Source: Octopus sinensis (taxonomy: Eukaryota). From it: DNA of 64,000 nucleotides. Shown piece by piece: positions 48,301-62,345 of this stretch. Within the stretch, counting starts at the first letter, position 1; each line of letters starts with the position of its first letter. A program made the position numbers and the translations under genes. A model generated the notes under the pieces. It did not search any database, was not told where the DNA came from, and worked only from the letters and a program-made list of their open reading frames with translations. Location of the stretch: the NCBI RefSeq assembly GCF_006345805.1, contig NC_043000.1:90830001-90894000 (forward strand), given 5' to 3'.

Positions 48301-49511
48301 CTCCATGAGATTTAGTGTTTCTTTGCAAGAGAACAAACATATGAACAAAAACTGACTCATTCTTTTTCCCTCTGTCTGTCTGTTTGGCTCTCACTGAGTC
48401 TCTAGCTCTCTCTCTCTCTTTCCTTGCTCCCACTATCTTCCACAAGTACTCACATACATAGCAACACAAATGCACACTGTTCGTGGATAGCATTTTTCTA
48501 TACTTTATTTCTTGTTTGATGAATGTTGTTCTTCATATGCAGAAAATCAAACACATTTTTAAATGTCAAACCATTTAGCGCTTATTTCGTTGATGTTTTT
48601 AACAAGGATCTAAGAAACAATCATCTACTACACGTTTATCTACAACCTATATTGTTCAAACGAATTTTGACTGAAAGACAAATTGGCTCAAAATAACTGA
48701 TGTGTTTAAAGACAAATTTGAAGGAAAATGAATTGCTTAAACGAAAATCGTTCAAACAATAATTAGTCAAAAAAAAAGCGCTTATATCCATCGACATTTG
48801 TATATTTGTTACTGAAACTAGGTAAAAATAATAATTAAATGTGATCTCAGTAAAGTTCATGTCACTAAACGCGGTCTTGGAATATTAGTCGGAAATATAT
48901 TAGTCGATATACGTATTGGTTGAAAGCTTATAAACTGAAAGATAAGTTGCTCGAAAGCACATCGACTGAAAAACAGACTCACAGTTGCTGACTTGACTCA
49001 GTGGGCCTATTAATTTACAGGACCGGGTGGACTTATATAACATGTGTAAGGGAGCAACATCACCAAATTATCTACCATCGTTTGATGAATGCTTTCGAAC
49101 TTTTACTCTAACATGTGACAGAGATTACGTCAACGTGCAGAAGAATAGACAGTGAAACGAACTGCTAATTATCAATTTCTTCTATTTTGTTCCAATTGCT
49201 TACATATTTGATGTATTGGTGTAGTTTTGTATGGTAATTTATTGACTTGAAATTCATTTTCGCCATAAATAAATAAATAAATAAAGAGTTAATAGCTTTT
49301 AAAGTTTGCAAACTTTGGGGAATTTTAGCCAATCGAAAGCCACAGACATAATTGCCTGTTTCCATAATAACAAGCCAAGCTGTTACCAAGCTTCTTACCA
49401 ATCTGTCGCTATCCTCTTCAGCCACGTGCTTATTTTTCACTTATTAAATGCTTAAACCACGTAAGGTATAAGGTGGTCGTCAGATGTGTTAAAGATAACA
49501 GCTAAATAGGC

Positions 49512-49918
49512 CTTAAATCATACACAAAATTGTTTTTTTCGTTTTTGCATAATCGTATGAATTTCCGTGTGTAGAATACAAAATTCCCAAAAAATAAAAA
49601 TAGTTATGAAGGTTTATGTGGCAGGTGTAAAGCAAAATTTCGTCAATATTTCATTTGTTTCGTCGCTATGTTGACAACACGCACAAAATGACAGCAGTCA
49701 CGCACAAAATGACAGATTCCAAATCCTGTATTCTGATTGAGTAAAAATGATCAAACTTTAAACCTCTGTAACTCCTTCCCAAAAATTTTCTGAAACAAAG
49801 GAATTAAATCCTGAGATTCAGCGGGAAAAATTATATCAATACACCAAGTTTGAAAGTTTTCAATAAGTCTTAAAATCTCAAAAAATGCAGTCAAACAGAA
49901 AAGATCCGGTGTAACTTA
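49512..49918. mobile_element. Possible TTAA-flanked MITE (Kolobok-like?)
   Basis: Starts ttaaatcatacac, ends ggtgtaacttaa; internal direct repeat cacgcacaaaatgacag x2. TIR match is poor. Confidence 0.25.
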
Positions 49919-50529
49919 AAAAGATTGATTGTATTTTGGAGTATTGTACAGGTATTTGTTTATATGTCTATAACAATATGGGCGCCTAGATGCCTCGGTG
50001 AACATAAATGTATATCCATGTATATATCTGTGTGTGTGTGCGTGTGTGTGTTTGTGTACGTGAGCGTGGTATGTATATGTGTGTTCATATATATATGCGT
50101 GTCTCTCTGCTTATTGCATATTTATGTGAAAGGTTGTATGTATGATTTCAATGTATGAAAAGGCGTTTAGGCTCCGACACTCAACTGATGTTGAAAATTT
50201 GCATAACAGGGATAGATATTGCGTAAATAAACTCTATACTTTGTATATTTGGTTAAACATTGAGGAGGTGGATAAATAAGGTTATGTAATTTTTAACAAA
50301 CAGTTGTGTAACCCTAATAGTAAATTTATCGAAACGCGTGTATATTATAAAGTACATAATCCATTCTCTGTATCTTATTAATACTATTACGTGGTTAAAA
50401 TTTGCACAGTAGCCTACGCCATTATATGACGACTCTCGTCTAACCGCACTGGGTATAGGAGTGGCGGGTGAAAGGTGTGCAGCTAGGCCCAAACTTTTGG
50501 TATCGTGTCACGCCTTATATATATATACG

Positions 50530-50573
<44 letters not shown>

Positions 50574-50575
<2 letters not shown>

Positions 50576-50974
50576 CGCAGGAGTGGCTGTGTGGTAAGTA
50601 GCTTGCTAACCAACCACATGGTTCCGGGTTCAGTCCCACTGCGTGGCATCTTGGTTAAGTGTCTTCTGCTATAGCCCCGGGCCGACCAATACCTAGTGAG
50701 TGGATTTGGTAGACGGAAACTGAAAGAAGCCCGTCGTATATATGTATATATATATATGTGTGTATGTGCGTGTGTGTTTGTCCCCGAAGCATTGCTTGAC
50801 AACCGATGCTGGTGTGTTTATGTCCCCGTCACATAGCAGTTCGACAAAAGAGACCGACAGAATAAGTACTGGGCTTACAAAGAATAAGTCCCGGGGTCGA
50901 TTTGCTCGACTAAAGGCGGTGCTGCCAGCATGGCCGCAGTCAAATGACTGAAACAAGTAAAAGAGTAAAAGAGT
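50574..50974 (+). mobile_element. Full-length tRNA-derived SINE (OR-like), best-preserved copy
   Basis: Head ggcgcaggagtggctgtgtggtaagtagcttgct..ccgggttcagtccc; central (TA)/(TG) tract; 3' end tgactgaaacaagtaaaagagtaaaagagt with short tandem tail. Confidence 0.88.
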
Positions 50975-51074
50975 AATATATATATAAAACGTGACACGAT
51001 ACCAATATATATATATATATATATATACATACATATGTATGTATATATATATTACACAGACACACACATATATA

Positions 51075-51230
51075 AACACGACAGGCCTCTTTTAGTTTCC
51101 GTTTACCAAATCTAGTAACAAGACTTTGATCGTCCAGAGGCTACAGTAGGAGACATGCTGAAGATGCCACGGAATGGGACTGAACTCAGTCACGTGGCTG
51201 GGAAGCAAACGTCTTACCACATACCTGCAC
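51075..51230 (-). mobile_element. OR-like SINE head half
   Basis: Reverse complement matches 50574-50735 (aaactaaaagaggcctgtcg; gttcagtcccattccgtggcatc). Confidence 0.7.
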
Positions 51231-51954
51231 GAAACACTAACTAGAAGCTATCATGAAATTCAGTATATTTACTGTATTCATCGACTGATCGCATCCATTC
51301 GTTTTCTTATACACCTTATGTTTAATGACTTTGCTTAATTTTTCTTTACATTGAAAATAGGATGGTCACTCGCTTAATGCAGTGGATTTCCTGTCTCATT
51401 TCGTACTTGCCTTACAGATACATTCTCTAATAGATCGATGTTTCTTAAACCTGAATATTCTCTGTTGACTATTTCGTATGCTGTTGCAATTTAGTAGATA
51501 GAGTCATGCTCTGCCATTTTGAAATTAAATTAGTACCCGCACTGTAAAATATTTATTCAGTTCCTTACTCAATTATTTAAACTGTATTAAATTCTTTTGT
51601 CACATATCTACCTCCTGTTCCTCGATTTTTCACAGTAACATATTAGTGTTTTGTTTTTACTTTTTCAAAATAAAACGGCTTCAGTTAGTGAGTCGAAGCC
51701 ATACTGGGGACACCACTTTCAAGGATTTAGATTCATTGTATAGACCCCAAGTTTTAGCAACGGAAGACATTACCACGTAAGTTATGTAAATATCTAGATT
51801 TCTACCAAATATTTTATGGAAAGTTTTGTATACCGGTCCGATACTGTCATTTCTCGACAGACTATAAAAGCACACATACACACAGAAACTCACACATACA
51901 CATATACATACATCCAATAGGCTTCTGTTCAAACTTTGCCCATCCAATTTGGTT

Positions 51955-52545
51955 CAGATTCTTTGATTTCGCCTAGCTGGTGTTTCCCAGTTTCCGTCTT
52001 CCGCATTTCCCTTTGACTCTTCTTTCTATGACATGGCTGCTGGAGATCAGGACCTTGATATCATGCCCAAAATACTGCAGCTTTCTCTTCCTGGTAGTTG
52101 TCAAAAATTCTCTTTATTCCCATTTTCTCAAGTACGGACTCGTTTGTTCAATGGTCAATTCAGCTGATCCACAGCATACTTCAGTAGCACGTTATTTCAA
52201 GTGGTTTGAGTTTTGCAGTAGCGTTTGTTCTCGAGTTCATATTCTTACAGTGCATCAGGACAAACATGTGTCATTACGAGCTTTAAGCTTGTTCTATTGA
52301 AGGGCCCTGTCTTTCCAAATAGTATTGTGTGATTTCAAGGCAAATCTTGCAGCCACGTTCTATCTTATCACGTTCGTCACCAGATTGTTCTATGATAGCA
52401 CCGAAATATCTGAACGCAGTGATCCGTTCTATGATAATTCCGTGGTATTAAATGTTGAGTTGCTCTGATGTCTTTGTCATTACCATGACTTTTGTCCTCT
52501 TTGATTTGATTTCTAGCTGGTATTCAATCAGTTAGTGGGTGATGT
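51955..52545 (-). mobile_element. Degenerate RTE-clade RT C-terminal fragment
   Basis: Broken frames give ..KRTKVMVM..FRYFGAII.. and ..TNESVLEKMG.., matching the KTKVM / FxYLGS / NEEVLxxMG pattern of RTE elements; many stops. Confidence 0.5.
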
Positions 52546-53765
52546 CAATATCAGTTACAGAATTTGAACTCTAGTCCACGTCAGTTTATCATAATATGAT
52601 AATTACTCTGCTGATCTTAACAGAATTATACACAATTATATGGCAAAACTGAATTAGAATTTAAACTTTTTAAGTAGACTATCGTTATTCATGTTATTCA
52701 TTGGCACACAGTGTTAAAAAAATGTGATTTTACTAATAAAAATATCAATATTCATATAAATAAATAAATAATATCCATAACAAAATTTTAAATAAATATT
52801 TATAGATTATTCAACTTATGAAAACAGTATTACTAACCTGTCATAAAATTATATTAAATACTATTGACTTAATATGATCTGCCATTCGATGTCTTTTAAT
52901 TTACAGTACCTTCTGTATTTAGAACTTTAGTTTATACATGAAAGATTTATTTTGTTAGCAGTTTGTTATATGTACAGTAGTATTTGATATTCTCTGGTTC
53001 GAATCTCATCGGCAAGTTTGCTTCTTGTTTCTGTTTCATAATTTATATGTACATGTATTAAAATAAATACCCTTACGTTAAAGATTGAGGTATCAAAGGT
53101 TTATGTGTTACATGCACGATCATCGGTGGTTGAAGAGAGAATTTATAATCATACATGTCTAATATATAAAAGCATAGTGATTGATTTCTTTTTCTAAAAA
53201 GGTGAAAGAAACGCAAGTGAAGCTACTGAAGGGAAAGATCAATCATAATGTAACGCTACCGTATTTATGTCATGTTAAGGAGAAATCAGCGATAACAAAT
53301 TAAAATTGTAATTCATTACACTTGGCTGGGAATGGGCTAAATATTAGATTAAATCTTGTAACATACACAATACTGTATGTCACTGATAAACTAAAGTTAA
53401 TGTCATGATGGGGCGCAATAACTTAAAGGAAAATTATATCTTTGTATTAACAGAAACATTGGAAACAACACATACACACAAACACCCTCCCACACACATA
53501 AACACAAACAACACCCCACTACACACATAGATACACACAAATGCATACTCATGTATATCAAAATAAATATCCGAATAGTTGAAGAGCCGTATGCAAAACA
53601 AAATATATCTTGTTAGACTAAAGATCACGGATTAAATAGTTTATTCACTCTTAGACATATCTTTGGGTTCTTTATTCTGAGTGGCCAGACATAGCTTTTG
53701 AACTTGTTATTCCTTGTTATTCCATGGAATAATGGAATATAATACATGCATGCACACATGCATAC

Positions 53766-53801
<36 letters not shown>

Positions 53802-54098
53802 TATTACTCTGTCACTCTCTCTCACTCCTCCTCTCCTGCTCACTTGAGTTCTACGTGACCATCGGTCATCTTTCTTTCTTCTCCTAATTTGTGTTTCTTT
53901 CTTTCCATTGTGGCTGGAACAAAGAAGACGTGTTCTTGTCTGTCTCCTGTCCAAGCTTGTTTTACGCGTTCGTCCCCAGTGTCGCCTTTAGGTTTAGCAG
54001 CCCTTCCTGTTTGGTTTCACTGTCCTGTTTGTGCTACCAATTTTGACCCTCCGCAAAATCGCCAATATATATATATGTGTATATATATATATATAATG

Positions 54099-54163
<65 letters not shown>

Positions 54164-54326
54164 ATATATATATGTTGTACCCGTTTACCTTTCTCTTTTC
54201 CTGTAAACAATCAAAAATTTCTCAAGAAGAGTTTAAGCTCGAAATGTCAAAGGCAGGTTTACATGCTTACTTTCCGTGGAAAGTCTAACTAACAATTACA
54301 TGTAATTATTATTACCATTATCATTA

Positions 54327-54520
54327 GAGCAGTGAGCTGGCAGAATCGTTAGCACACCGGGTGAAATATTTAGCGGTATTTCGTCCGTCTTTACGTTCTG
54401 AGTTCAAATTCAGCAGAGGTCGACTTTACCTTTCGTCCTTTCGGAATCAACGAAATATGAACCAGTTACGCACTTGGGTCGATGTGATTGACTAGTCCCC
54501 TCCCGCAAAATTTCAGACTC
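54327..54520 (+). mobile_element. OK-like SINE
   Basis: gcagtgagctggcagaatcgttagcacaccgggtgaaat...gagttcaaattc. Confidence 0.8.
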
Positions 54521-54609
54521 ATTATTAATCTTTCACGATAACTATACAAACCGGTTTCGATTCTTGTTGTTATTGCAGTTATTACTGTAGTAATAATAAT
54601 TATAATTAT

Positions 54610-54647
<38 letters not shown>

Positions 54648-54794
54648 CTTATATTATAGACACAAGACTGAAATTTGTATGGTGGGTGGGGGTCTAATTG
54701 ATTATACTGACACCAGGCTCAACTGGTACTTTTTTCATCGATCCAGAAAGGAAGAGAGAAAAGGGAAGTGACCTACTGAGCACGTAGACATGGG

Positions 54795-54904
54795 CAAAAT
54801 GCTGACTATTTTATAATAATTATATAATAATAATAATAATAATAATATAATAATAATAATATAATAATAATATAATGATAATAGTAAAAATAATAATAAT
54901 AATA

Positions 54905-54947
<43 letters not shown>

Positions 54948-54950
54948 TTA

Positions 54951-55005
<55 letters not shown>

Positions 55006-55022
55006 CATTATTATTATTATTA
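54795..55022. repeat. (AAT)n followed by (ATT)n: self-complementary microsatellite
   Basis: Direct observation; strand switch near 54947. Confidence 0.9.
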
Positions 55023-55329
55023 TAGTAACAACTGCAATAACAATAAGAAAACGAAACTAGTTTTTATAATTATCGTGAAAGTTTAATAATGAAGTTGAAA
55101 TATTAGAAATCACAATACCTGGAATTGTAAAGAAAGAGGTCATTGTGATAATGATGTTGAAAAGGAGAAGGAGGAATAAGAGGATGAGAAAGAGGAAGAT
55201 GCAAATAAAAATGCTGATGATCATCGTGATGTTGATGATGATAGTAGTGTAGGTGAAATAAATTTCACAATATATGTAGAGGTATTTACGAAAGAATTAA
55301 AAGATCAACGAAAGCCGCAAACAATATCT

Positions 55330-55500
55330 ATAGAAAACTGTGACCCAACATCATTTAGCCATCACCTCAGAAGCCTCTACGTCTGTCGAATACTGAAGCA
55401 TCTATCTGCCAGGGAGACCCGTTAACTTAACGAGAAGAATCTTACTTTCAACCTAGGAACCTACGCTCCCAGTGAATACCAACATAAACCTTTTATTATT
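55330..55500 (+). mobile_element. Possible Penelope-like GIY-YIG C-terminal remnant
   Basis: ..HHLRSLYVCRI..ETR*LNEKNLTFNLGTYAPSE.. resembles the ExxxIFxLGTxxPxG end of PLE endonucleases. Confidence 0.3.
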
Positions 55501-55949
55501 CAGTAATTCTTTCTTACCTTGTACTCATTCCACCTCCCTTTGTAGGCAGTTTTCGGGTAATTCCTCTCTGATGTTCTGTTGTACTCAGCGTCCATTTACA
55601 AGCAATCTATATCAGCCAAGGTTAAATTGCTGTCTGCAGAAATTTCTAACTAAAAAAATTATATTGAAAATTTTGTGGTTCACCTGTTGACAAGACATTC
55701 TCATGCTGCCCGTTTTTTCTAAAACGACTCCTCGTACACGTTCTGTATTTTCAAATATTGGTAGATTTGATCGTACACTTCTATCTCATACATGGGTATA
55801 ATTGTGGTGATTGTTTAAATCAATGCATGCATACACAGAATGTGTAAGATATTTGAAGACATATTAATGTTTATATAAAGCAGATATATAATTACAAATA
55901 ATTTTATTTATCAAAAATGCTATGACGATAAAAATAAACCTTCTTTTCT

Positions 55950-57012
55950 ATAACGTTCATCAATAAGCCACCTTCAGCTTCAACAACTGCTTCTATATTA
56001 GATCTGAATCATCTACATACTCGAATCAAGTGGTCCTGGTTCATTTTGGACATTACTCTGACTATGGCAGCATTCAAAGAATCTTTGGTGATATGGGCAT
56101 GTTCGTTAACCTGTCTCTCAACAACGCTCCACGTGTAATAGTCCAATGAATTGAGATCTGGGGAATTAGGAGGCAAAATGTTAGCGGTTATGTGATCATG
56201 AAAATGTTCAACAATTCAATCCATGTTATGCGTGTCATAGTGCAGAGTCTTACTGAAATACATATGGCCTTCCATTGCAGACACTGTCAAACCAGGGTTT
56301 AACAATTATTTCCAGGACCTCAATATAGGCGGCAGAGTTAACTGTAAGGCCTTGTGGAAAGATGTAAGGAGGTATCACATTTTTTCATTGCGGTCAACCT
56401 CTAAAACCATGACAGTTGCAAGAAATTTTGTATGGATGACACTTGGAACTTCAGAAGGATCTGCACATAACGATCTGTCATTTCTTCTGATAATTTTTTG
56501 ATCATGGTCGAAGTTTTTCTCGTTTGAGAAAAATACTAAATCAAATCTTCTTCTATTGGATTTTCACTTTGTTTAAGAGATTTTTAGATCTGGTGTAGTG
56601 ATTTTCCTTTGCTTTCACTGATAAATTGACCTTTCCTTACCATAAAAGTCTTATAAATGATGTCTTTGTGGACAGCAATTGTGACTGTTCCTCCTGGTGC
56701 ATGGAGATCATTTGCAATTGACCTCATGGACTTTCTGGGACTGTAATAACTGGTCTGTTGCTGGATAAATTCAGGTGTTATGTTGATTTCAGAGTGTTTA
56801 GAATGCTTTTTATGGTTTGATACTGGTGATAGGCTTCCATCTTCAGTCTCTATCTCTTTACAAACTTTGTAGACAAAAGATCTGGCAACTTTTAAAAATT
56901 GAGATATTTCTAAATCGCTAGACTCAGCCTTTATAATCACAATAACAGCTTGAATATGCTTCTTCATTCCATGAGTAAGCTGAGGACCTGCCATTATTAT
57001 TTTCTGAAACAA
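55950..57012 (-). mobile_element. Near-complete but inactivated maT-like (DD37D family) Tc1/mariner transposase
   Basis: ORF 56584-57012 gives the HTH region (..PRKSMRSIANDL..VHKDIIYKTFMVRKGQFISE); then FFSNEKNFDHDQK, YVFQ*DSA, HDHITANILPPNSPDLNSLDYYTWSVVE, EAVVEAEGG. Stops and deletions prevent counting the D-D spacing. Confidence 0.8.
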
Positions 57013-57283
57013 AAATTATACAGAGTTATCAAAAAATGCAGCAATGACCCAAGAAAGGTACTCAATACCTTAAGCATCTTGTATGGGGGCTGCCCAGATC
57101 GGAGCAATCTCAAGATTAATCAGCCGAAATTGCGAAGATGATCCGGTTCTTGACTGATGATTGAGGGCTTCGAATGTCCCGTCCGTGTTTTTTGTGTCGT
57201 CTTCTAAATGTTTCACGTTCTTGTCCCAGTTTGTATATTTTTTTAAATTTTACATATATATATATATATATATATAGGTAGAT

Positions 57284-57324
<41 letters not shown>

Positions 57325-57554
57325 CAGGGACAGAGAGAGTTTTCAATTTATGGGAAGAATCCAGGGGAATAATTAGAAGTAAGCTAAATTTCTGATGAGT
57401 TTGTTATTATATCCTTCCTGATGAGATTGATGCATTACTGACCATAATTTGTCCCGTCGGACATTTTTGGAGTGCATCCGTCGAAACATGTGGAAGACTT
57501 CAAGATATAAATGGTTTAACAACATCCCGAGTGTTCGTCTCCTTATTCCATTTT

Positions 57555-57621
<67 letters not shown>

Positions 57622-57675
57622 GTATGTATATATATGTATATATCAACATTTACCAATCAATCAATCAATCACTCA

Positions 57676-57727
<52 letters not shown>

Positions 57728-58039
57728 CTATCTATCTATCTATCTATCTATTTATCTACCTATCTATCTGTCTATTTATTTGTATTTCAACGAGTCTTTT
57801 TATCGGTCTACATAGATACATGAAAGCATGTGTGTGTGTGTGTGTGTGTGCACTTGTGTGTCTAAGTGTATGTATGTCGCTAACTATGTTTCCATCGGTC
57901 AAAATCTCGGCTTTGATATGTAACTCAGTGTTTCCACAACGACACCACGATAAATACCATCACACAAGACTGAAATGAATATCGGTGTTTATGTCATTGC
58001 CTAAAATCCTTAAATATAGTGTCTGAAAATGGTTACAGT

Positions 58040-58395
58040 TAAATGGCAGGACCCACCAATAGTGTCTTTCTTTCTCTTATACTTCTTCTTCACTATTTTA
58101 TTTCCCTCATCTTAATATTCTTCTTTCTCCACCTCCTTCTCATTCAATCCCATATTCTCTTTCTCCTCCTACCCCTCCCGTTTCCTACGATTTGTTCCTG
58201 TTGCATATCTTCTGTTGTTATTTTCCACCTCCTACTCTTCTACCTTCTCGCACCACTCATCTTTTCTTTGTTGCATTATTTTCTAGCTATATTTCCGCCC
58301 CCCCTCCTTCCACGCCACCGCTGCCTAACTTCCCTCCAACTTCTCCTCTTTCTTTTCTCCTCCTCTTCCGTCTTTTCTACTTTCACTTCTAGAAC
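58040..58395. repeat. Pyrimidine-rich (CT/CTT) low-complexity tract
   Basis: Direct observation; a purine-rich counterpart lies at 35180-35880. Confidence 0.75.
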
Positions 58396-58995
58396 TTGAT
58401 GTTGCGCATACATTTCAGCATTACATTACGCACATGTACTCATAGTGTGTGTGTGATACAGAGAGTGAATATGCCCGAGTGTGTGCAACAGTATGTAGGA
58501 GTGCTTGTGTGTACCTGTGCGTCTGTATGTTTGCGAGTGTGCATGCTTACATCTATTACTGTATCTATAAGAATGCATTATGTATATATGATTATATGAT
58601 TGTACATATGTATGGATGCGTACATGTATGTAAGCCATCAGTACGTATGCACATATTAATGTATGCGTGTCTGAATTTGCATGAATGTAAGCTTATATAT
58701 ATATATATAATATATATAAGTGTGTGTGTTTTTGCATGTGTGTGTGTCGCTGTGTTGGTGTGAGTGCTTTGTTTACTCATATTATTCTACCTATGTGTCT
58801 GTTTCGTTATGTATGTTTGCTTGTATGCATCGCAGTCAGCTGTATGTATGCGTCCATGTATGTTAGCTAGCTGTATGTGTGTATAAGCGCCAGTACGTAC
58901 ACACACACACACACGTACATACACACACACATATATATATATATATATACATGTGTATGTGTATGTATGTATGTATGTACGTATGTATGTATGTA

Positions 58996-59026
<31 letters not shown>

Positions 59027-59362
59027 ACCTGTGAGTGTGTGCGTGCGTGTACGTGTTCGTGAAGGTTTGGGTGTCTGTCGGCTTCTCTCAATTTCATTTC
59101 ATTTTAATTATTGGGGAGATATTTTGTAAATAAAGCGATAAGCCATGTGTAAAGTTGAGATGAAAATTAGGAAATTTTTAGCTTGAGGTTATATGAAAAC
59201 AGGCAGAGTTAATAATAAAGAAATATAATAAAAATAATGTTAATAATGTATAAATAATGATGATAATAAAAGCAAAAATTGAAAAAATAACAATAAGAAT
59301 AGAATGTAATAATAACAACAACAACGATAATAATGATGATGATGATGATGATAATAATAATA

Positions 59363-59407
<45 letters not shown>

Positions 59408-59422
59408 TTAATAATAATAATA

Positions 59423-59472
<50 letters not shown>

Positions 59473-59578
59473 TAATAATAATAATAAATGGTAAATATGA
59501 CAACCAGAACGATGACGTTAAAAGAAAGAGAAGGATGATGGGGATAACAACATCAACGCGGTTACTACTACTACTACA

Positions 59579-59633
<55 letters not shown>

Positions 59634-59812
59634 ATAATAATAATAATAATACGAAGAAGAAAGATCATTGTGTATTGCGTAGACAGTAAGCAATAACATG
59701 CTTCAGGTGTTACAATTATGTTCTCCATTATAAATTACTATCTATGATGATGTTAGTAGTAATAGTGATAATGATGACGACGACGACGACGATGATGACG
59801 ACGACAACGTTC

Positions 59813-59844
<32 letters not shown>

Positions 59845-60294
59845 AATTATGATGTTGATGATGATGATGATGGTAAAGGTGATATCGACGCGGAGGATAT
59901 TGGTAAAGGTGTGCATCAGTGACGGTGATGTTGATGATGATAATGAGGATGATGATTATGATAAGAATAATGATAATGAGAATGATGGTAATGAATATTA
60001 TGACAATGATACATTAAATAAGGATTAGTTATGAGAATTTCTTGAGACAATATATTACATGCTATTGTAGGGGCAGTGAATCTGCGCTAGAAATAACAAC
60101 CGAATCTGCACCAGTTTCAAAACCCCTGCAGTTTTTAATAATAATGATTATGTAGTGCGTAATATAATACAGTATACTCTGTCTGGAACTAAAAGAAAAT
60201 AGGAATACATGGATAGGACAATCCTCGATAGCCTTTGCTCATAGTTCTGTTTTCTCAGAGTGGCCAAAACAATATTAGTAACAACAGCAACAGT

Positions 60295-60487
60295 GGAGGC
60301 GCAATGGCCCAGTGGTTAGGGCAGCAGACTCGCGGTCGTAAGAACGCGGTTTCGATTTTCAGACCGGGCATTGTGAGTGTTTATTGAGCAAAAACACCTA
60401 AGCTCCACGAGTCTCCGGCGGGGTGGGGGTGGGGGTGAACACCGCTGTATTCTTTCACGACAACTTTCTCTCACTCTTTCTTCCTAC
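60295..60487 (+). mobile_element. tRNA-head SINE
   Basis: ggaggcgcaatggcccagtggttagggcagcagactcgcggtcgtaagaacgcggtttcgattttcagaccggg. Confidence 0.75.
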
Positions 60488-60489
60488 TT

Positions 60490-60826
60490 CTGCCACAAAG
60501 CAGAGGAACCAAAGTGTAACCCACTATGGCGTGGTAAACTTTCAGATCCTAGCCTAGATTGCGAATCCTCTGTACCCCAGGATGATTCAGCTCTCCACCC
60601 GTTAAAAGCCACGGAATGAGGATAACAACGTAGCTTTCACACCCGTGCAACCGCCAGTCTATCGCGTGTGGTGTGTGGATCTTCAAGTTGCCACGCGCAT
60701 TCTTAGTAGCTTAGAGTAGGCTCGAATTAGAGATTATTCTTTGTAGCTAATGGCGTGAGTCCTGAAAGAAGAAGAAGAAGAAGAAGAAGAAGAAGAAGAA
60801 GAAGAAGAAGAAGAAGAAGAAGAAGA
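60490..60826 (+). mobile_element. Probable 3' end of a non-LTR retroelement with (GAA)n tail
   Basis: Unique GC-richer segment ending tggcgtgagtcctgaa directly followed by (GAA)n; clade not determined. Confidence 0.35.
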
Positions 60827-60939
60827 CAACAACAGCTTAAGTTGAAGCTACATGCAGTTCAAAATACATATCCGGTAGAGTCGCACGTGTATAACATAAT
60901 GAGTGTAAAAACGTCGAACTGATTAGATTATTTGACAAA

Positions 60940-61220
60940 ATTCCGTCTAGAGGTGTTTGGAATCTAAAAACAATGTTCAAACAAATAGTTTCAATAAGAT
61001 CAACAGATACAGATTTTTGTACAATGATCTGCGTTGGAGGCCCCACAGTTCTAAAATCGTCAAAAAGGCCGAAAGTGTCTTTGCATCACACAGTAATACC
61101 ATTGTCAGCCGCTCACCAGATGTATATTTATGTCTCTTTACGGCTATGATACGTCCACACTTAAAGATTGTATCCCTTGTTTGGAGCCCTCGTCTTGACA
61201 AGAATATTTATCTGCTATTC
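60940..61220 (+). mobile_element. CR1/L2-like RT C-terminal fragment
   Basis: ORF 60957-61331 contains NDLRWRPHSSKIVKKAESVFAS..RSPDVYLCLFTAMIRPHLKIVSLVWSPRL, matching the LxWxxHI..LYxxxVRPxLEY..VWSP pattern. Confidence 0.7.
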
Positions 61221-62204
61221 AAAAATTCTATGCATATACACTCTTTTCTGTCTAGGAATATTTTAATGTTCCCTTCTCTTTCTTTTTTGTTTTATTATGT
61301 GTACTGCACACGTAATTTTCGCCTTCATTGATGTCTTTCTTGACTTATATGCCTGCTTTTTGTTCTTTCTTTTAACTATTTTTGACCAGATGTAATGCCT
61401 ATGAGTATTTTATACAATAAATATTAAGTAGTTCAAATTAAATTAGAATCCAAAACGAGGCATTTAACTCGGTTAATCGTCAAAATTAAGTGAACAGTAA
61501 ACAATACGCTTTTAAAACACAGGCCTTTACACAGTATTTGTTGTATCGAGGGTTTGTGAAAGACCCCTCACTTCATAGCAATATATAAGTATTTTAAATT
61601 CATTCTTGTCCACTCCAGTATGCGTTGTTCAGGTAAGAAGGCTCTACCTCTTGTAATTCATTTTTCCTAATGTAACTAAATACTCCTAATATAACTAATT
61701 TCTCCTAAAGTAACTCATTTCTCTCTAATCGACTTACTCTCTCCTTCAAAATTGCTGGCCTTGTACAAAAACTTGAAAACAATATTTTGTCACAGATTTC
61801 TATCGTAGATGGAACTGTTTGTATTAGTACTACACCCACAGTGGCAATCACATTTTTACGCATCTGTAGAAGATGAGACTATCTTATATATCTCGTTACA
61901 CACTATATAAAGAATACGTAAATATATAAATGTTGGAATGGCGTACTAAATTTTTCCCACGGCAAGATAAACGGAATAGGGACTTAGTTCCAAAATTTCC
62001 CTGTAAAATGTCTCAGAACAAACTTTTCCAATAAGCGCAAACATGGTGCGTCCCAAAATAAGGAGAGGGGAAAAGGAAACCATCATCTCACACCAAAACT
62101 TAAATATAATTGGTTCATTTGTCACAATACCCAAACTGCTGTCTAGAGGTGGGATGACACTAGAATTGAGACACGCACAAAAATTAATATAGATAAATAG
62201 ATAG

Positions 62205-62345
<141 letters not shown>

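Noticed and set aside
57140-57185. CTGATGA followed by cttcgaatgtcc
   Set aside because: No GAAA core half and no convincing stem II.
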